A stretch of 64,000 bases of DNA from Calcarisporiella thermophila CBS 279.70 (taxonomy: Eukaryota > Fungi > Calcarisporiellomycota): NCBI RefSeq assembly GCF_041956535.1, contig NW_027192214.1:402974-466973 (forward strand), given 5' to 3'. How positions within the stretch are numbered: position 1 is the first letter of the stretch; every line of letters begins with the position of its first letter. Position numbers and translations under genes: made by a program. The notes beneath the pieces are model-generated. The model was not told the origin of the DNA. It saw only the letters and a list, made by a program, of their open reading frames with translations, and did not search any database. Of this stretch, positions 35,042 to 49,120 are shown piece after piece.

Positions 35042-37819
35042 CTAGCACGCATATACATCACCATCGGGGTAGCAGCCGACCACTACGGCTTGACCCTTCA
35101 CATTGGCCAACGTGAAGATAGCCATGAAGAGGGAATAAATTCCATTGACACCGATCATTCCACCCGCGACACTGGTGATAGGTTAGAAAGATAAACTGGT
35201 AAGTAGTCTACATCTAAGTGAAAATACTCCAAGGTCACCTACCTGTACATGTATTTTTCCCACGAATCCTTATGAACCCGGCGCCATATCTTGGTGGCAG
35301 TCCATCCGATCACCATGGCAAGAGGAATCTCGAGTGATGGTTGCGTAAAACCAATACCAATCGCGTTCAAATTCGGCATATATTGCTTATATTTCTCCGG
35401 GACGAACTTGTGTTTTACAACGGTGTATACCACGGAGAACACACAGCAGAAGATGGTAAAGTTGACGGAGGCTTGTGGAATAGTCACGGAATTCGTGGTC
35501 AAAAGTTTGGTAACGCTGGACCAGGTCAAAACGGCGACCAGGGTAAACTTGTCTTTACACTCTTCGGAAAGGGCCGAGCCCTCTTTAGCGAGGATACAGG
35601 GGTAGGCACTTGCATATCTAGAAAGTGTGAAACGAAAGCAATCGAGCAAGTAAGAGAGACAAAGTGTTTAGAATATATTCCATTGATTTGGGGGGAATCG
35701 TCTTCTCTTGAATCAGATATACATACAGATAGAACAATCCTAGAGCCGCCGCAACTGCAATAACTGACCCCACTATTTGCGCCAAGAACTGGGAACGAGG
35801 GGATGCTCCGAGCAAATGGCCGGTCTTTAGGTCGGAGACCATGTCAACACTCTGTGCTGCGGCACTGCTTGATATGTTTCCAGCAATAAGGTTGATCATC
35901 TGGGAGGCCTCCGCGGTTGGATGAGGGATGGGGGAAAACACTAGCTGCGACACTTTGCCAATAGAGCCGAGAGGGTTGATGTCTGTTTCACCAGACGCCT
36001 GAAGACCCACAAAAGAGAGGAAGAAGGACAGCACGATGGCAAGAAGAGTAAGGTACACCTGGACTCCGTAGAACACTCCAAGGATAGCACATGTGAAGAT
36101 GATGGATGCCAACAGACCACTGGTCTGTGTGGTATCAGGAAGAAAATCGTTAAACAACTCTGCCTTCCTTCATAAGAACCGAGTAATAATATGGATGGCT
36201 ATACTTACCCACCATAAAGTTGGTACCTGTTCGTGTGGGAGTGCCGGGTCGTTTGGATCCTGTTCTTTCTCAATAGCTCGGTTTCTCTTTGTCAGAGAAC
36301 GTACAGTGTTGGTGAATTCTTTGAAAAAGAGCTTGATTCCACGCCAAAGCACCTCGTAATGGACGAAGAGCTCGGCAAACGAGGTGAACACCATGAGAGC
36401 AATACCTGGCCAAAGGAACCACGTTTGTGCCTATTGTTTTCTTTGATTAGATTGACACTTACTTTTATACCATCAACGATGAAACTTTTACCGTTGGTCC
36501 AGATTTGAAACCCATGGGGTCTATAATTATACCATCGCGCCACATAAGTGGCCCTGCAAGCCCTACCGTCATGACGGTCCCAAATAAAAAGGACAAAGAG
36601 GTAGATCCTGGTGTCTTTGGAGATGGAGAGATGTAAAGAAGCATTAGCCTGGATTGAAAAGTGATTTCATTCTATGGAATACTTACCATCAGACCAGTAC
36701 CGAAAAATGAGAAATCCCAAGTAAACGACCTAGATGAAATGAGGTTGAGCATAGTGCAATCAGGGGACTATTCCAACAAGTACAACTGACCATGACCACA
36801 AGGTATCAGCCTCCATCAGCTCCTTACTCCCCGTAGCATGGCCTATCCAATAGAGGATATGTGGTGTACCAAAAAGGCCTGGAACCCAGTATCCTATGAG
36901 TTGCCAAACGAAACAAATGACGAAGCTGATCAATAGGATAAGGGCTGAACGCATGCCTTCTTTTTCACCGGCAGCAGAGCTGTGGAGGGATTTGATGGTA
37001 ACGGCTGCAGCACGCGGAGTGGGGAACACTAGGTCCTGAGTAATGACGAAATGCTTGCGAAGAGGAATAGCAAAAAAGAGCCCGTAGAAGGCGGCAGCGA
37101 TGGTCCAAAGTGTAATATGAACCATATCTCTTCAAGAAATAAACATTTTTAGTTAATTTTTTTCGGCCTCCAATTCCACCCGTGGCGATCTTACCTGTTT
37201 AAGTTCTCTACTTGGAGGAGCCCTAGTCTATACATCGCGGGGATAGCGGAAACAAATCCAGCACTTAGACCTCCCGCAGCAGAGGCTGCAGATTGCGCCG
37301 TACAGTTCTCTTTAGGTCCAAAATAACCCCCTCCAAGATACGTGGGCAGCATACGGGACATGGGTTTGAGTATAGCGAAGGAAAGGACGGCGCCAAAGAG
37401 GCCAGATCCAACTCCCCATCCTGTCCGAAGCCCCATATACATATCTATTACGGGCAGAATGAAGTGTAACCTAAGCCTTCTCATTCAAAGTTCAAATTAG
37501 GAGAATCAAAAATCTTACTCGCTGCAGCAATAATGCATCCTAGAAAAGATCCGACAAAGCAGGCGCGCCAAGAAAACTGCCATATCTGAAGCATCCCCAT
37601 CCATTGAGAAGTGGAACCAACGTTACATGGATTGGAAACATGCTGTTATCTGCTTTTCAAATCCTTTACCTCAACCAGTTCATCTAGGACGCCCTCTTCA
37701 TCATAATCGATTTTTGTATGATTATTGGCTGCATCTTGGGCCGCTTTTTCGTTCATTGCTGCGGCATACCTTGCGTTATCATTTGGATTTTCTTGATATT
37801 CCACCTTGCTTTCGTTCAT
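35042..37819 (-). CDS. OPT-superfamily transporter (YSL-like clade), paralog 3, multi-exon
   Basis: WQFSWRACFVGS, MYMGLRTGWG, FGPKENCTAQSAA, LVFPTP, GETDINP, DLKTGHLLGASPRSQF; ends VGCYPDGDVYAC*; start codon 37819 inferred. Confidence 0.92.
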
Positions 37820-40066
37820 CGTGACCTAGAAGTCTGCCCAATGAACCAAGAAACAACAAATTAAACAAAAAAGAAAAGATTTGGATATCGTGACAAAAAT
37901 TTAGGAGGGTGAGAAAATGTTCTTTATATATCAGGAAAAATAAGCTTTTGTAGACTATTACTCCATTGTGCTTGGAACGTCACAGATGTTGCCAACCATA
38001 ACTCGTAATTCCTATCATCCACTTTTTTCCGGCAAAATATAAAGAGTCTGAAGGTACAAGCTCATCGCTTGATCCAAATGCACAGATTCCTCTTGAAATG
38101 CTTAATTGGCCGAAAGGGTTTCCAAAGAAGAATGCCTATATATATTGAGCAATTCATTTCTCCTATACCCATTCATTCTATGAATGGATTTTACAGACAA
38201 TTAGAATATAGCATCCTATACTATCCTCGACAATTGCTTTACTCAAAATCTAAATATTGCGACATAAAGTTTAGTGAAACCACTTTTTTGGGCTGCAAAT
38301 TATAAGACCGAACGTTATCGTACGCTTAGACTTAGGTCAGATGACGAAATTAGGGAGCGTCTTGGCAATTTATTAATTAGGAATTTCCTATCACTTTATT
38401 TAGTCTATATTAGATAGAGGCAATACAATAAGGGGGTCAAGGTAAAATTGAATAAGACAAAATAATCTGCTCACACTAAGGCAAACACCATTTAGCAATG
38501 CCTCGGTTTCGTCGTATCATCCACATCACAATGCTTCAACTAAGTTACCTTGTTAGAATTTTCTGTATTTATCACCCAGAATCCTGGCCTATTCTAATTT
38601 GATAATTACCCTCCTGGGAAACGCATTGTTTTTTTTCAGATAAGATCTTTAGACCCTAATCACAAAATAATTACGATATATTGAAACATTTCGTTACGAT
38701 TAAGCATGTGTTGGAGCAGCCATTTAATAGCTTAATTCAAAAAGGTAAATGGTATATCTAAAACATGGGTCAATAAAGTGAAATAAGAACTGCTAGCTTT
38801 TGAAACTTAGAAGGCACAGAACAAACTTTGAAAAGATATCATGACAGCAAAATAAATAGCTCGGCGGTAACGACGAGAACGATTCTAATAGGGGTGCATA
38901 TGCAGATGCGTATTAGCACTTAGTTCCTCTTAATTGAATATATTATCGCATGCTAGCTACAGAGATCATTTTGGCGATGAAATGGAGCATTCTCAATAGA
39001 TGGGTAGTTTAGAAAACTTGCTATAAAAATAATTAGAGAAGGCACAAATGGCCGCTACCAGATCCTGGTCTCTGTGTTTGCCGTATTAATCTCAAGGTAA
39101 ACATCCTCAGGGTGAAAATATAAATAGCCAAAATAATACATTGATTGCCTATATTTTAATTAAAAGATATTAGTACTCACACTAACGAAGTTGTTTTGTT
39201 ACTGTCCACTGGAGGCGATGGGTGGAGGCGATCGGACCCGAAACCAAAAGGAAATCTAAATTACAATCCTACGTGCATCCTAATGAGTGGGTTAGTTATT
39301 CGCATGGTAGACTAAAAAGCGCATAAATCCAGTTTTTAACGTTTGAGTTATGATTGCAGACAATTTAGAGGGCTACTTGGCAAAAATTCATAGATACATC
39401 CCTTACATATCCATTTCCCATATGGAGGAGAGCAAAAAAAAAAAAGAAAAACGAAGCGCTACCACAATCAAAGCCTTCTACACAAACTTTTCATGTCACC
39501 ATGCTCACATGTTACTTCACACATCTCAGTCAATCTAGTAACCTTCTGAATCCTAAGTTTAGAAGCCAAGCTCGATGGCGACTAGTATTGTTATGTCAAT
39601 TGGCTACGAGGCTGCGCAGCTGAGATAATTTTTTAGGATAAGCCAGGGCGCACGTTGCATTGTAGAAATTTTTTCAGTATAGCGTCTCAATAATGTAACT
39701 CCTGTGTTAAGCCACGTTTTGATTATCGTGCTCAAAGTGACACGAGACTAATATTTTTTTCCCAGGATATGCCTAGTTGCGGCGCATCACGGAAAAAAAA
39801 AGGCCACAATATGCAGTGATAACTCAACTCCATGGTCAAAGGGTTCATTGTCAAAATAAATTGGAAATTGCAGCCCATCTAAACAAAGCCCAAATATATA
39901 GCATATGTAACAGTGGGTGTGGTCCCCTGGATAGAATCTCCCTTGGATAGAAAGGAAGTAAACAGCTCTATAGAACTACAATGATGACGTATATGTACTA
40001 GTATATAAGAGAGTACAAGATGGAAAAAATAATAATAAAATAGAACATCAAAGGTTGAAGATAATA

Positions 40067-42646
40067 TCAGCTAAACATGATCTCGAGCACTTGGCTAGTG
40101 TTGCCCCCATACTCCAAGAGGAGTGACAGGGCCTCGAAACGTGAGCAGGCCATAATGTCCATCACGGTGGCTATTGCGTCGTCATTGATGCCTCGGCGCT
40201 GAGCATCTACAAAAGAATTGTAGGGGTTAGAATCGGCTTGAGGCGTTGTATTTTATTTAGCAGCGACGAAAAATAAAAGATTCCTGGATACCTTGTTCAA
40301 TCCTCATTACTTCTTCCTCTGGAATCTCTACTCCTATATTGGCTTCCTCCCATATGTTTTTCTCCTCCTTTTGCCGATGTTTACGTTCCCACAGCGTATC
40401 CACCAGAAAAGGATCCACCTGCTTGAGCCGATTTAATGCAATTACACGCTCAAATCGATCCTCCTGACACTGCTGTTGGAACCACCGAGTGTGGATATCC
40501 AAAAATGTGCCCAAAATACTCACTAAACGAGGGTGGGCTTCAGCCTCTTCAACCCCGCTATCGGCCGAGCTAAGAAGGGATCGCGCAGCGGTAGCCAGAG
40601 ATGCACGAAGCGACTCCGCAAGCACCCGAGGATCCAACCATCTGTTCAGCAATAAGACGATTTCTACCACAGTTTCACAGCTCATCAACTCTCTCATTGC
40701 CTCATCCAAGTTTATGTTGCAAGTTTCCGCGGCACTCCGTAGCAGCGATTCGCCCAGGCCGGGGGGTGCGGGACATCCATGGAAGGTTAGCAACATTGCG
40801 CATTCTTTCACCTGGGGAATAAGATCGGGGTACGCCTGGGTTAGCGGGGCCATGCCTTCGCGCAACGAGGTCCATGCATTGTCAAGGGAGCCATTTCGAA
40901 AATGTTCGAGGAATTCACAGCGCCGTAGCGCAAAATATAAATATGGAGAAAGCAGCATCTCGTTATTGTTGCATGGGGCGGCCGGGTCGGAATATCTGCG
41001 GGTTAGACCCATTTCATTCAATTCATCGAGTATAACGGTAGCTATGGGCGTGGTGAGAGGTATCTGTGCCAGTTGGCTAATAAATCGTCTAAGTCTCCTG
41101 TCAAAGTAAGAATGGAAAGGTTTAGTCGTATTGTAGCAGTTCAATAAATAGAGTCCAACTACGCCACCTTAAAGAATACGTCAAGTTTGATTTCCCTTTT
41201 GCGTCCTCTATCAATATGTTCGTACTTTCATCCACATCCACATCTTCCTCCGATTCCAAAGCATCTCGCCCAAAGAGTCCCCGATAGCTGCAGTACTCTT
41301 GGACAAGTTCAGCCAGCAAGCCATGCCCGACTTGCGTTAGAGATAATTCGGTGGTGAAAGCAGTGTCAACCGAGCCATGGGCGCGCTCGAGTGCCTTTAT
41401 TGCCCTTGGTCGCGAAAGATTAACCGCTTGTGCAAGCATATTTGCATCTTCCTCATTCACCACGATCTGTATTCCGGTTTCTATTATACATCTATCTCCC
41501 TCAGCTCTATCTTCAGTGCCCTTTGATCGGTTCTCAACCTCCGCCTTTTCCTCCTGCTCCGCTTCTTCTTCCCAATCCTCTTCATATCTATCGGGTAGAA
41601 TTAGCTTATCGACTTCGGGCACGGCAGAGGACTCCCCTCGTAGAGCAGTCCAAGTGTTATGAATGATGCATAGATAGCTATTTTTTTTTTGCAAACGATT
41701 AGGGGTGAAAAGATACTAGCGCAGAAACCAATTGTATACCGAATAGCTAAGGCCAATTTAGGCTCACGAATTTTAAAGCGACGAAGAAGAGTGGCATAAA
41801 TGAGAGTTGCTAGATCGTGCCTCCTACTAATAGACCTATGATGTGCAAATCGTGAGTGCTGTATATGCAATCTCTTGATTCTACTCATGGTAATACCATT
41901 CATCTACGATTTTCTCAACCTCGTTAGTACTTCCTTCGCTTTCATCGGACCGTCGAGGGCGAAACACTAGAGCCAGTAGTGCTGCTTTGAAGTCATTGTA
42001 CGCGCCAGGAGATGCAGACAGCGCAGTGGGACTTAATCGACTTTGTAGGTAAGAGAGTGCCTCAACAGGCGGAAGATTCTTGTCCCGTAATAGTTCAATA
42101 AACTAATTTATATGTAATGATGAGCCATGCCAAGAATGTGATAATATGGGATTTTAAGCGCTACCTGCTGTTTGTAGAGTTTGTAGGTGAGTGTGGAATT
42201 CTTCAGTAAATCAGGGCAAACAGAGCTGATGAGGTCTATGGCAACCTCGATGTGTCCATCATGGATTTGTTGTTTAATAGTCTACAGCCATCGGATTGCA
42301 GATACGTTAGCGGATCTTGACTGTGTCTCATTTTTGGAAAAGTGGGCGGCCAATATGAAAGCTGGGTAAATGCCCTCGAGGCCATGGAAAATAGAGCACT
42401 TACATTCAATTTCGCCAATGTGTTCTTCATAGTGAGGTATTCAGACACATAGGCCGTCTTTTCTGAAGGCTGAACTAACCCCTGATGTAGCAAGTAATCA
42501 ACACATAGCTGATCTAAAGCGTAGGAATAAAGGTTAGAGGGTGAAACAATTACAACTTCACCATGATTGGCCGGTCAAGTACCTAGTAGCGTCAGATTGA
42601 TGAGGGGTATTGGTGAGCCTGATTCATGTGAGCTTGTTGCATGCAT
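40067..42646 (-). CDS. LisH/CTLH-CRA-like protein with two CTLH-type modules and UBA-like helical bundles, multi-exon
   Basis: LDQLCVDYLLHQG (LisH-like); IKQQIHDGHIEVAIDLI..LTYKLYKQQFIELLR (CTLH-like); second module LYFALRRCEFLEHFRNG; UBA-like LAQAVNLSRPRAIKALERAHGSVDTA and C-terminal IMACSRFEALSLLLEYGGNTSQVLEIMFS*. Confidence 0.7.
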
Positions 42647-42883
42647 CCCGTGGAATAGTAGAGGAAGGGTACCTCCGTAGGAAAAGGTCAATGAACTCAG
42701 AAGGAGACGAGTCCAAGTGTTAATCCAAGAAATCGGCCACCACGTGAGTAAGTCACACCCTAGGGATGCAAGTCACAACGGTTGATTCGAATCCAATCCA
42801 CACTCGCGTTAATTTGAAACTTTGTTAGACGCGTCCCTTATTATTCTTGCGCTTTTCTCATCATTCAAAACTAATAACTTATA

Positions 42884-43615
42884 ATGCGCGAATATAAAAT
42901 AGTGGTACTTGGTTCGGGCGGTGTCGGCAAATCCGCATTGGTGGGCATCCTTTTCATCTCTCTGAAATAGACCAAACATTTGGTCATCCAACTGTTTGAT
43001 TGCGAAATTACATCCATTCGTTAATATGACGCTTTTCTTCATCTTCTCCTAGACGGTGCAATTTGTACAATCTATTTTTGTTGAGCGGTATGACCCGACC
43101 ATAGAAGATTCATATAGAAAACAGGCGGAAGTCGATGGCCAGCAGTGTATGCTGGAAATCCTCGATACTGCTGGAACTGAGCAGTTCACGGCAATGCGTG
43201 ACCTATATATGAAAAACGGTCAAGGATTCCTCCTCGTCTACTCCATTACTTCGCAAGCTACCATCGATGATCTCGAAGAGATATATGAACAGATATTGAG
43301 TGTAAAGGAAACCGACAAGGTAAGAAAGATAAAAAGACTATCTTATAACTAGATCTCAGAATCATCGGCGGTGTTATATTGAATGAATAGGTACCGATGG
43401 TATTAGCAGGCAATAAGATGGATTTGGAGAATGACAGAAAGGTCAGTTATGAGCAAGGCTCTACTCTTGCGAAGAAGTGGGATGTAGAGTTTTTTGAGAC
43501 CTCGGCAAGAACGAAGGAAAATGTTGAGGAGGTATTCTTTAATATTGTGCGCCAGATCAACAAGCAGACACCGCTAAAGCCGACAAAAAAGAAGAGAAAA
43601 TGCACCATCCTCTAG
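42884..43615 (+). CDS. RSR1: Ras-family small GTPase Rap1/Rsr1, 3 exons
   Basis: [19 protein letters not shown]|[25 protein letters not shown] (Rap-type T61), GNKMD, ETSA, polybasic tail plus CTIL CaaX. Confidence 0.96.
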
Positions 43616-44466
43616 CTCCTTTTATATTTATGCTAGTGACGCTATTTTTTTTTTTCTTTTGCTCCTTTTGCTCGTTGTTATTTTTTCTTCTTCTTACGTT
43701 TAATTTTAATACAGCTCCATTCCAAGATATAAAAACATTTTGCCTGCTCACCTAACATTTTCTCGGAGAGGGTTTTACTACTGTAATCTTGGCACTATGT
43801 GTTCTGGTGGGAGCAGAACACCAGCCTGCTCTTCTGCCCTCTGCGCAGACCTAGCAATACTTTAAAAGCCGAAGAAAAGCAGCGTAACGGAGGGCTTAGT
43901 TTGAAGCGGGGAGATACGCTCGCAAGACTGAGGGATATGTGGACAAGTCGGCGAGGGGGAGGAGCAGGGCCAAGGATGCGTGAGCGTAGAGTGACATTGC
44001 AGGGCCGTAGCCACCGTCAAATCTGGCCCTCGATTCGATTTTAGGTTCTACAACAGAAATATCATATTCACTGATTGGGCTGATTCGGAAAGGTTTGTTG
44101 AAATAAAAAAATCTCGAGGATTTCAGGGAACACCGTCTTTCTCTTTGTTGGCCGGATTTCGAGTGCTTCCTTGCTTTTGCCGGCGCCTTTCTTTCTCCTC
44201 CACACACTCACTACCCTCAGTTCTTGCATCCTTCGTCACGCATCTGTCCATCTCATTCCTCATCGTGAGCGGGAATTAGCTCATCTTTCGGCCATCTCAC
44301 CACCGAAACTTTTTCCTATTTTTCAGGTGATTATTCCTGTTTTCCCCCGGTGTTTATGCTGCCAAAATAGTCGCTCACAATCTTATTACCTCATCGCTAA
44401 CCAGAATTAAACCGTTTATGTCCATTACCTCGCTTCTAGTCTACCAAGTCTAACTTCACCAGAACA

Positions 44467-46028
44467 ATGTCGAGGTCGACAGCAATTCAGCCCAAGAAAG
44501 CAAAGGATTCCAATGGGCATTTACCAAAAGCTAAGAAAACGGGCACATCTCCTCGGGAAGGAAAGCCATGGCCACCGAATGCATTCATGAAATTCATAAT
44601 TGAGAATCAAATCCGTGCGTGTCGTCACTTATCATCGGCGCTTTTTGCCCTCCATTACTTATCTCTTGTTCCTGTTTAATTTTTTTTCTTTAAGGTCTTC
44701 CGCTCGTCTTTACCAGCTTCCTTCTACTTATCCGACTGGCAGGTTTCACAGTCGCCGATAAATTCTTCTTCCTTTCTTATTTCGATGCACAGACGGGACT
44801 CTATAGTAAGGGCGTAGATGATGCGTATTTTGCCTTGTTCTGGGTGGCTGCCTTCACGTTTTTACGCGCTGCAGTGATGCGCTTTGTGCTAGACCCCCTT
44901 GGTCGCCGTATGGGCATCAACAAGGCACGCAATCTCACAAGATTTGCAGAGCAAGGGTGGACGTTTATTTATTATGCGAGCTTTTGGTCCTTAGGGATGG
45001 TTAGTTGTCTATACGAGGCGCTACTTATGCCCAATATTCTTTCAATCCATACCTCTAACCCCTCCCCCATTCTTTCAATCCTCTCCTATGCTATTAGTAT
45101 ATAATGTATCATTCCCCGTACTGGCTCGACATGCGCCATTTCTGGATTGACTACCCCCATGAACGCTTCACACCGATTTTCAAAAGCTACTATCTCGTCC
45201 AGCTCGCTTTCTGGATCCAACAGATATGCGTGCTACATATGGAGAAGCCGCGCAAAGATCATAATGCAATGCTGATGCATCACCTAGTCACTTGCACGCT
45301 CATCATTGGTAGCTACATCATCAATTTTACCAGGATTGGAAACGCAGTGCTGTGCGTGATGGACTTTGCAGACATCTTGCTTCCGGTACTACCTTTTTTC
45401 CACTTCTATTCTGTGGATCTCGCTTCCATCTAACAGCCTGTCCCACTGGTATTTTTTAACAATAGCTGGCGAAAATTTTAAAATACCTCAAGCTGCAGGC
45501 AATCTGCGATTTCTTTTTCGCCATGTTCGTCATTGCTTGGGTGGTGACTCGGCACATCTTCTTCCCTATGATTATCTATAATACTGCCGGTAACGCAATG
45601 AAGCTGCATACTTCTTGACTGGATGCAGTGCATTTGAAAACTAATTCTTTCCCTTTCTAGTTGATTCCGTGAAATACATCGAGCCCCTGTGGATGCCATC
45701 GGAAGGGAGATTTTTCACCCAGAACACCGTGTACTTCTTCCTCACGCTGTTTGCGATACTTCAGCTGCTGCTTCTCTTTTGGTTCTTCCTGATCTGCCGA
45801 GTGGTTTACTCCGTCGTGCGCGGTAATGCTGCCCATGACAATCGTAGCGACTCGGAGGGAGAGGAAGAGGAAGAAGCTACCTCAAAATCAACCCAGAAAA
45901 TCGGCTCGAATGGCCTTCATGCAAACGGCCACGCCAACGGAAAATTGGATGTGAACGGGACCTTAACCGGAAATGGTAGGATGAATGGGAACGGTAAAAT
46001 CAACGGAAAAACAAAACGTAGAATATAA
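44467..46028 (+). CDS. LAG1: Ceramide synthase (Lag1/Lac1, TLC domain), multi-exon
   Basis: RFAEQGW, YYLVQLAFWIQQ, EKPRKDHNAMLMHHLVT, RIGNAVLCVMDFADILL, DNRSDSE. Confidence 0.95.
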
Positions 46029-46521
46029 CTCGAACATATCCCGTATATATACTCCCCCATTAGCGTATATATACCTTTCCATGTTTAACTTGTTTTCATT
46101 TTCTTTTCTCTTTTATTATCGATAATCCTCCCCCCCCGCTTTTAACCCTCATCCCAAAAAAACCTTATTTTTTTTTCCTTTCTAAAATGTATTAATTCAC
46201 AGTTTATGAATGCCTTTTTTTCAAAAAATGCTTGACACTTACTGAAATAATTTTATATTTCTGGAATATATCCGAGAATTTATAGCAATGGTGATTTCTT
46301 GACCAAAAAAAAAGACATATTACTAGAAAAAAAAAAAAGAAAACAGTAAAAAAAAAAATGAAGTGGGAAAAAGAAACCGAAGCCTTTTATCTAGAGAATT
46401 ATAAAGATATAAAGGTAGTATAAGATTATAATGAAAGTGATGGTTGCAGGGGGGGGGAGTAAAAGGAAAAGAAAAGAATAATAATTTCATTTATCCAATT
46501 TGGATAATAGTTGAGCTCCAA

Positions 46522-49120
46522 CTAATGGCTCACCACCTTTTGTAGCTGGCTCCAGTCATCGCTTCTAGGTGATGCCATCTACAAAGACACAAGATAGAGT
46601 GATACGACGGTCATTCTGTGTCCAATTCTAAACACAAGCTGATAATGAACTCTTACCTCTCCAATATCGTACACGTATACATGCCCATCAGAAGATCCGA
46701 CGGCAGCCTTTCTTCCATCGCGATCCCAACTGAGCTTGTTCAAGGCTTTTCCGTTTCCAACCAGCGTGCTCACCACAGGCACTTCAATATCTGCTGTTAG
46801 GTTCCAAATATCGAAATTGCCACTTCCATCGACACTGCCGAAGAGTGCAGGATTAGTGGGCGACCACTTCGCATCATACACATAGTCACTGGCATGGTCA
46901 AACGAATACAGTGGTTGAATCGTGGTTAAACTGGTGGAGGGCTTAGAGACCGACTGTAATAATAAAAAAGGAGGAGCGGACATGAGCTCGTGGAGTGTAA
47001 CAAAAAAAAATCAATCAATAGTTACCTTTGCTCTCCAGAGTTTAATGGTCCAATCCACCGAACAAGTAATGAAGAGATCCGAAAAGTCCACAGGCCCAAA
47101 GAGGGGATGGAAATCAAGACTTGTAATGGTACCGTAGTGGCCGCGGTAGGTGTCATATTGGTTAATGCCCGCTTTGCTATGGGTATCAAGGGAATGAGAT
47201 AAAGTGGGTCTGGAAATGTATGCACAGGGAAAAAAAAGCAAAGAAAACTAACCTTCCTGCACGGTCATATCTATTTGCCTGATACACGTTGCCTTCCTCA
47301 GTTCCTACCCAAAAGGTTGTTGTTTCATTGTCTGGGAAACCGAAAGCGGTCACCGAAATCTCATCGGTCTTGCTGTGCGCCGGGTGTATCAGCTCAAGTG
47401 TTTCCTATAATTGCAACAACATTCCACATTAGGCCAAAAGCACTCTTAAATGCGCTCAAGTTTTTTCACCTGAGGTTGAGCGAGCATATCCAGCTGCCAC
47501 GAGCACACCAGTCCGTCCGTACTAGCTGTGATGAGATTGTGCGCATTCTGGGTTCCAACCATGGCCATGGAGTAGACTGGGTGTGTATGCCCTGATGCAG
47601 AGAGCGGTGTTTTCAGCACGGGCAGCGACTTAGCACGCGTATCCCATAACACAATTTGACCAGAGTAAGTGCCACCGATAATCAGATTGGGATGAAAGTG
47701 GGAGAACATTGTAGTGAGTACGTCCGACTGAACAAATAAAGAAAACAATGAGGATTATACATCACACGAGGTTTACATTGTCTTTGGAGAAAAAACTTAC
47801 CTGTGAGTGGAAAACAAACTCGGGGCGCTCCAGTAAATGCAAATTCCACACACACACGACTCCGTCCGGCTCGTTCACACTCATTTGGTTTTTGTTGTAC
47901 GAAGTCGCCACAAGCTCCGCGTACTGAATCAATTTTGAATTAAAGGCATGTCAACATGGCATAACATTGAAACAATAGTTGAATTTAGTGCTTCACCTTT
48001 GGTGACCATGAGACATCTGTTACGGATCGATTCTTGCTCCATTTGTCATCGAGAAAGGCACATACGGATTTCACCTTTTTGCCGAGTGATTCATCGCTAT
48101 AGCGCAGAGTAAAGATAGGGAAAAGGGGAGAGATCGTATTTGTGAGTGGGTTAAACTTGAACCACCATGTACTGCTGAGCATTTTACCTTTCCACGCTAT
48201 CGCTGACTGTATAGTCACGCATGAAGTCATATTTTTCATTTAATGCGCGTTCAATTAGTTTGGATGAATGATCGATAAAATCAATGAACTCATTCGAGGT
48301 GACAATAGCCCTCTTTTCCTCTTCCGACAACTCTACATAAAAGAAAGCGGCAAAATGTCATTACGTTTGGAAATAAGATCCGGGAAAACGGTTAATTCAA
48401 TACCTTTCAGCTCCTCTTTTTCCTCCTGTGATTGTTGCTTTAGCATTTCTTCCTCTAAGGCAGCTTGCCTAGCCTTCTCCTCTTGCTCTTTTTCTTCCAA
48501 TATCCGTTTCCGTATCTCTTCTTCACTCAATGCTTGAACATCAAAAGACCCCTCTTGTGTCTGAGCCTCTTTGTTATAGACGACACGTTCCTATGCAAAA
48601 AAAAAAATTACATCATCTAATTCAAGCTGCTTATTATATAAAGCAAAGAGACGGTAAATTACTTTCGGTGGAATATCAAAAATCATTATTCCAACTGATG
48701 TGAACTCTGGAATCTGCCGCAAAGGCGGAGTCGCGCTTCCATCCGATCCACCAAACGTTCTACCACCGTCCGTTGAGGTTCTCATATCTTGTGACGTTGC
48801 TGTCGTAGGAGTTGTGGGTGTAGATGATCGATCGCCAACAAGAGAATTGACAAGATCATATATTTCACGATGCTCGCTGGACGCACCACTTGCTTGCGCC
48901 GCGGGAGCCTAATGAAGGCGAGAATGGAAGTGGAATTAGGATTCATGAAAGTTTTGGATTTGGCGGAATGATCTGGGAATTAGGAGAGGAGGCAATCGAT
49001 ATTTACCGCGGTCTCCTTCTTAGTGTCCGTCATTTGCTTTGTTCTAATTTCTCGCGCACGACGCAGCTCTGCGAGCTTAAGTCGCTTCTTCTCTAATTCC
49101 TCCTTCCGCCGGTCACCCAT
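46522..49120 (-). CDS. PAC11: Cytoplasmic dynein intermediate chain (WD40), multi-exon; 3' end uncertain
   Basis: [33 protein letters not shown] light-chain-binding motif, [55 protein letters not shown]. Confidence 0.93.
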
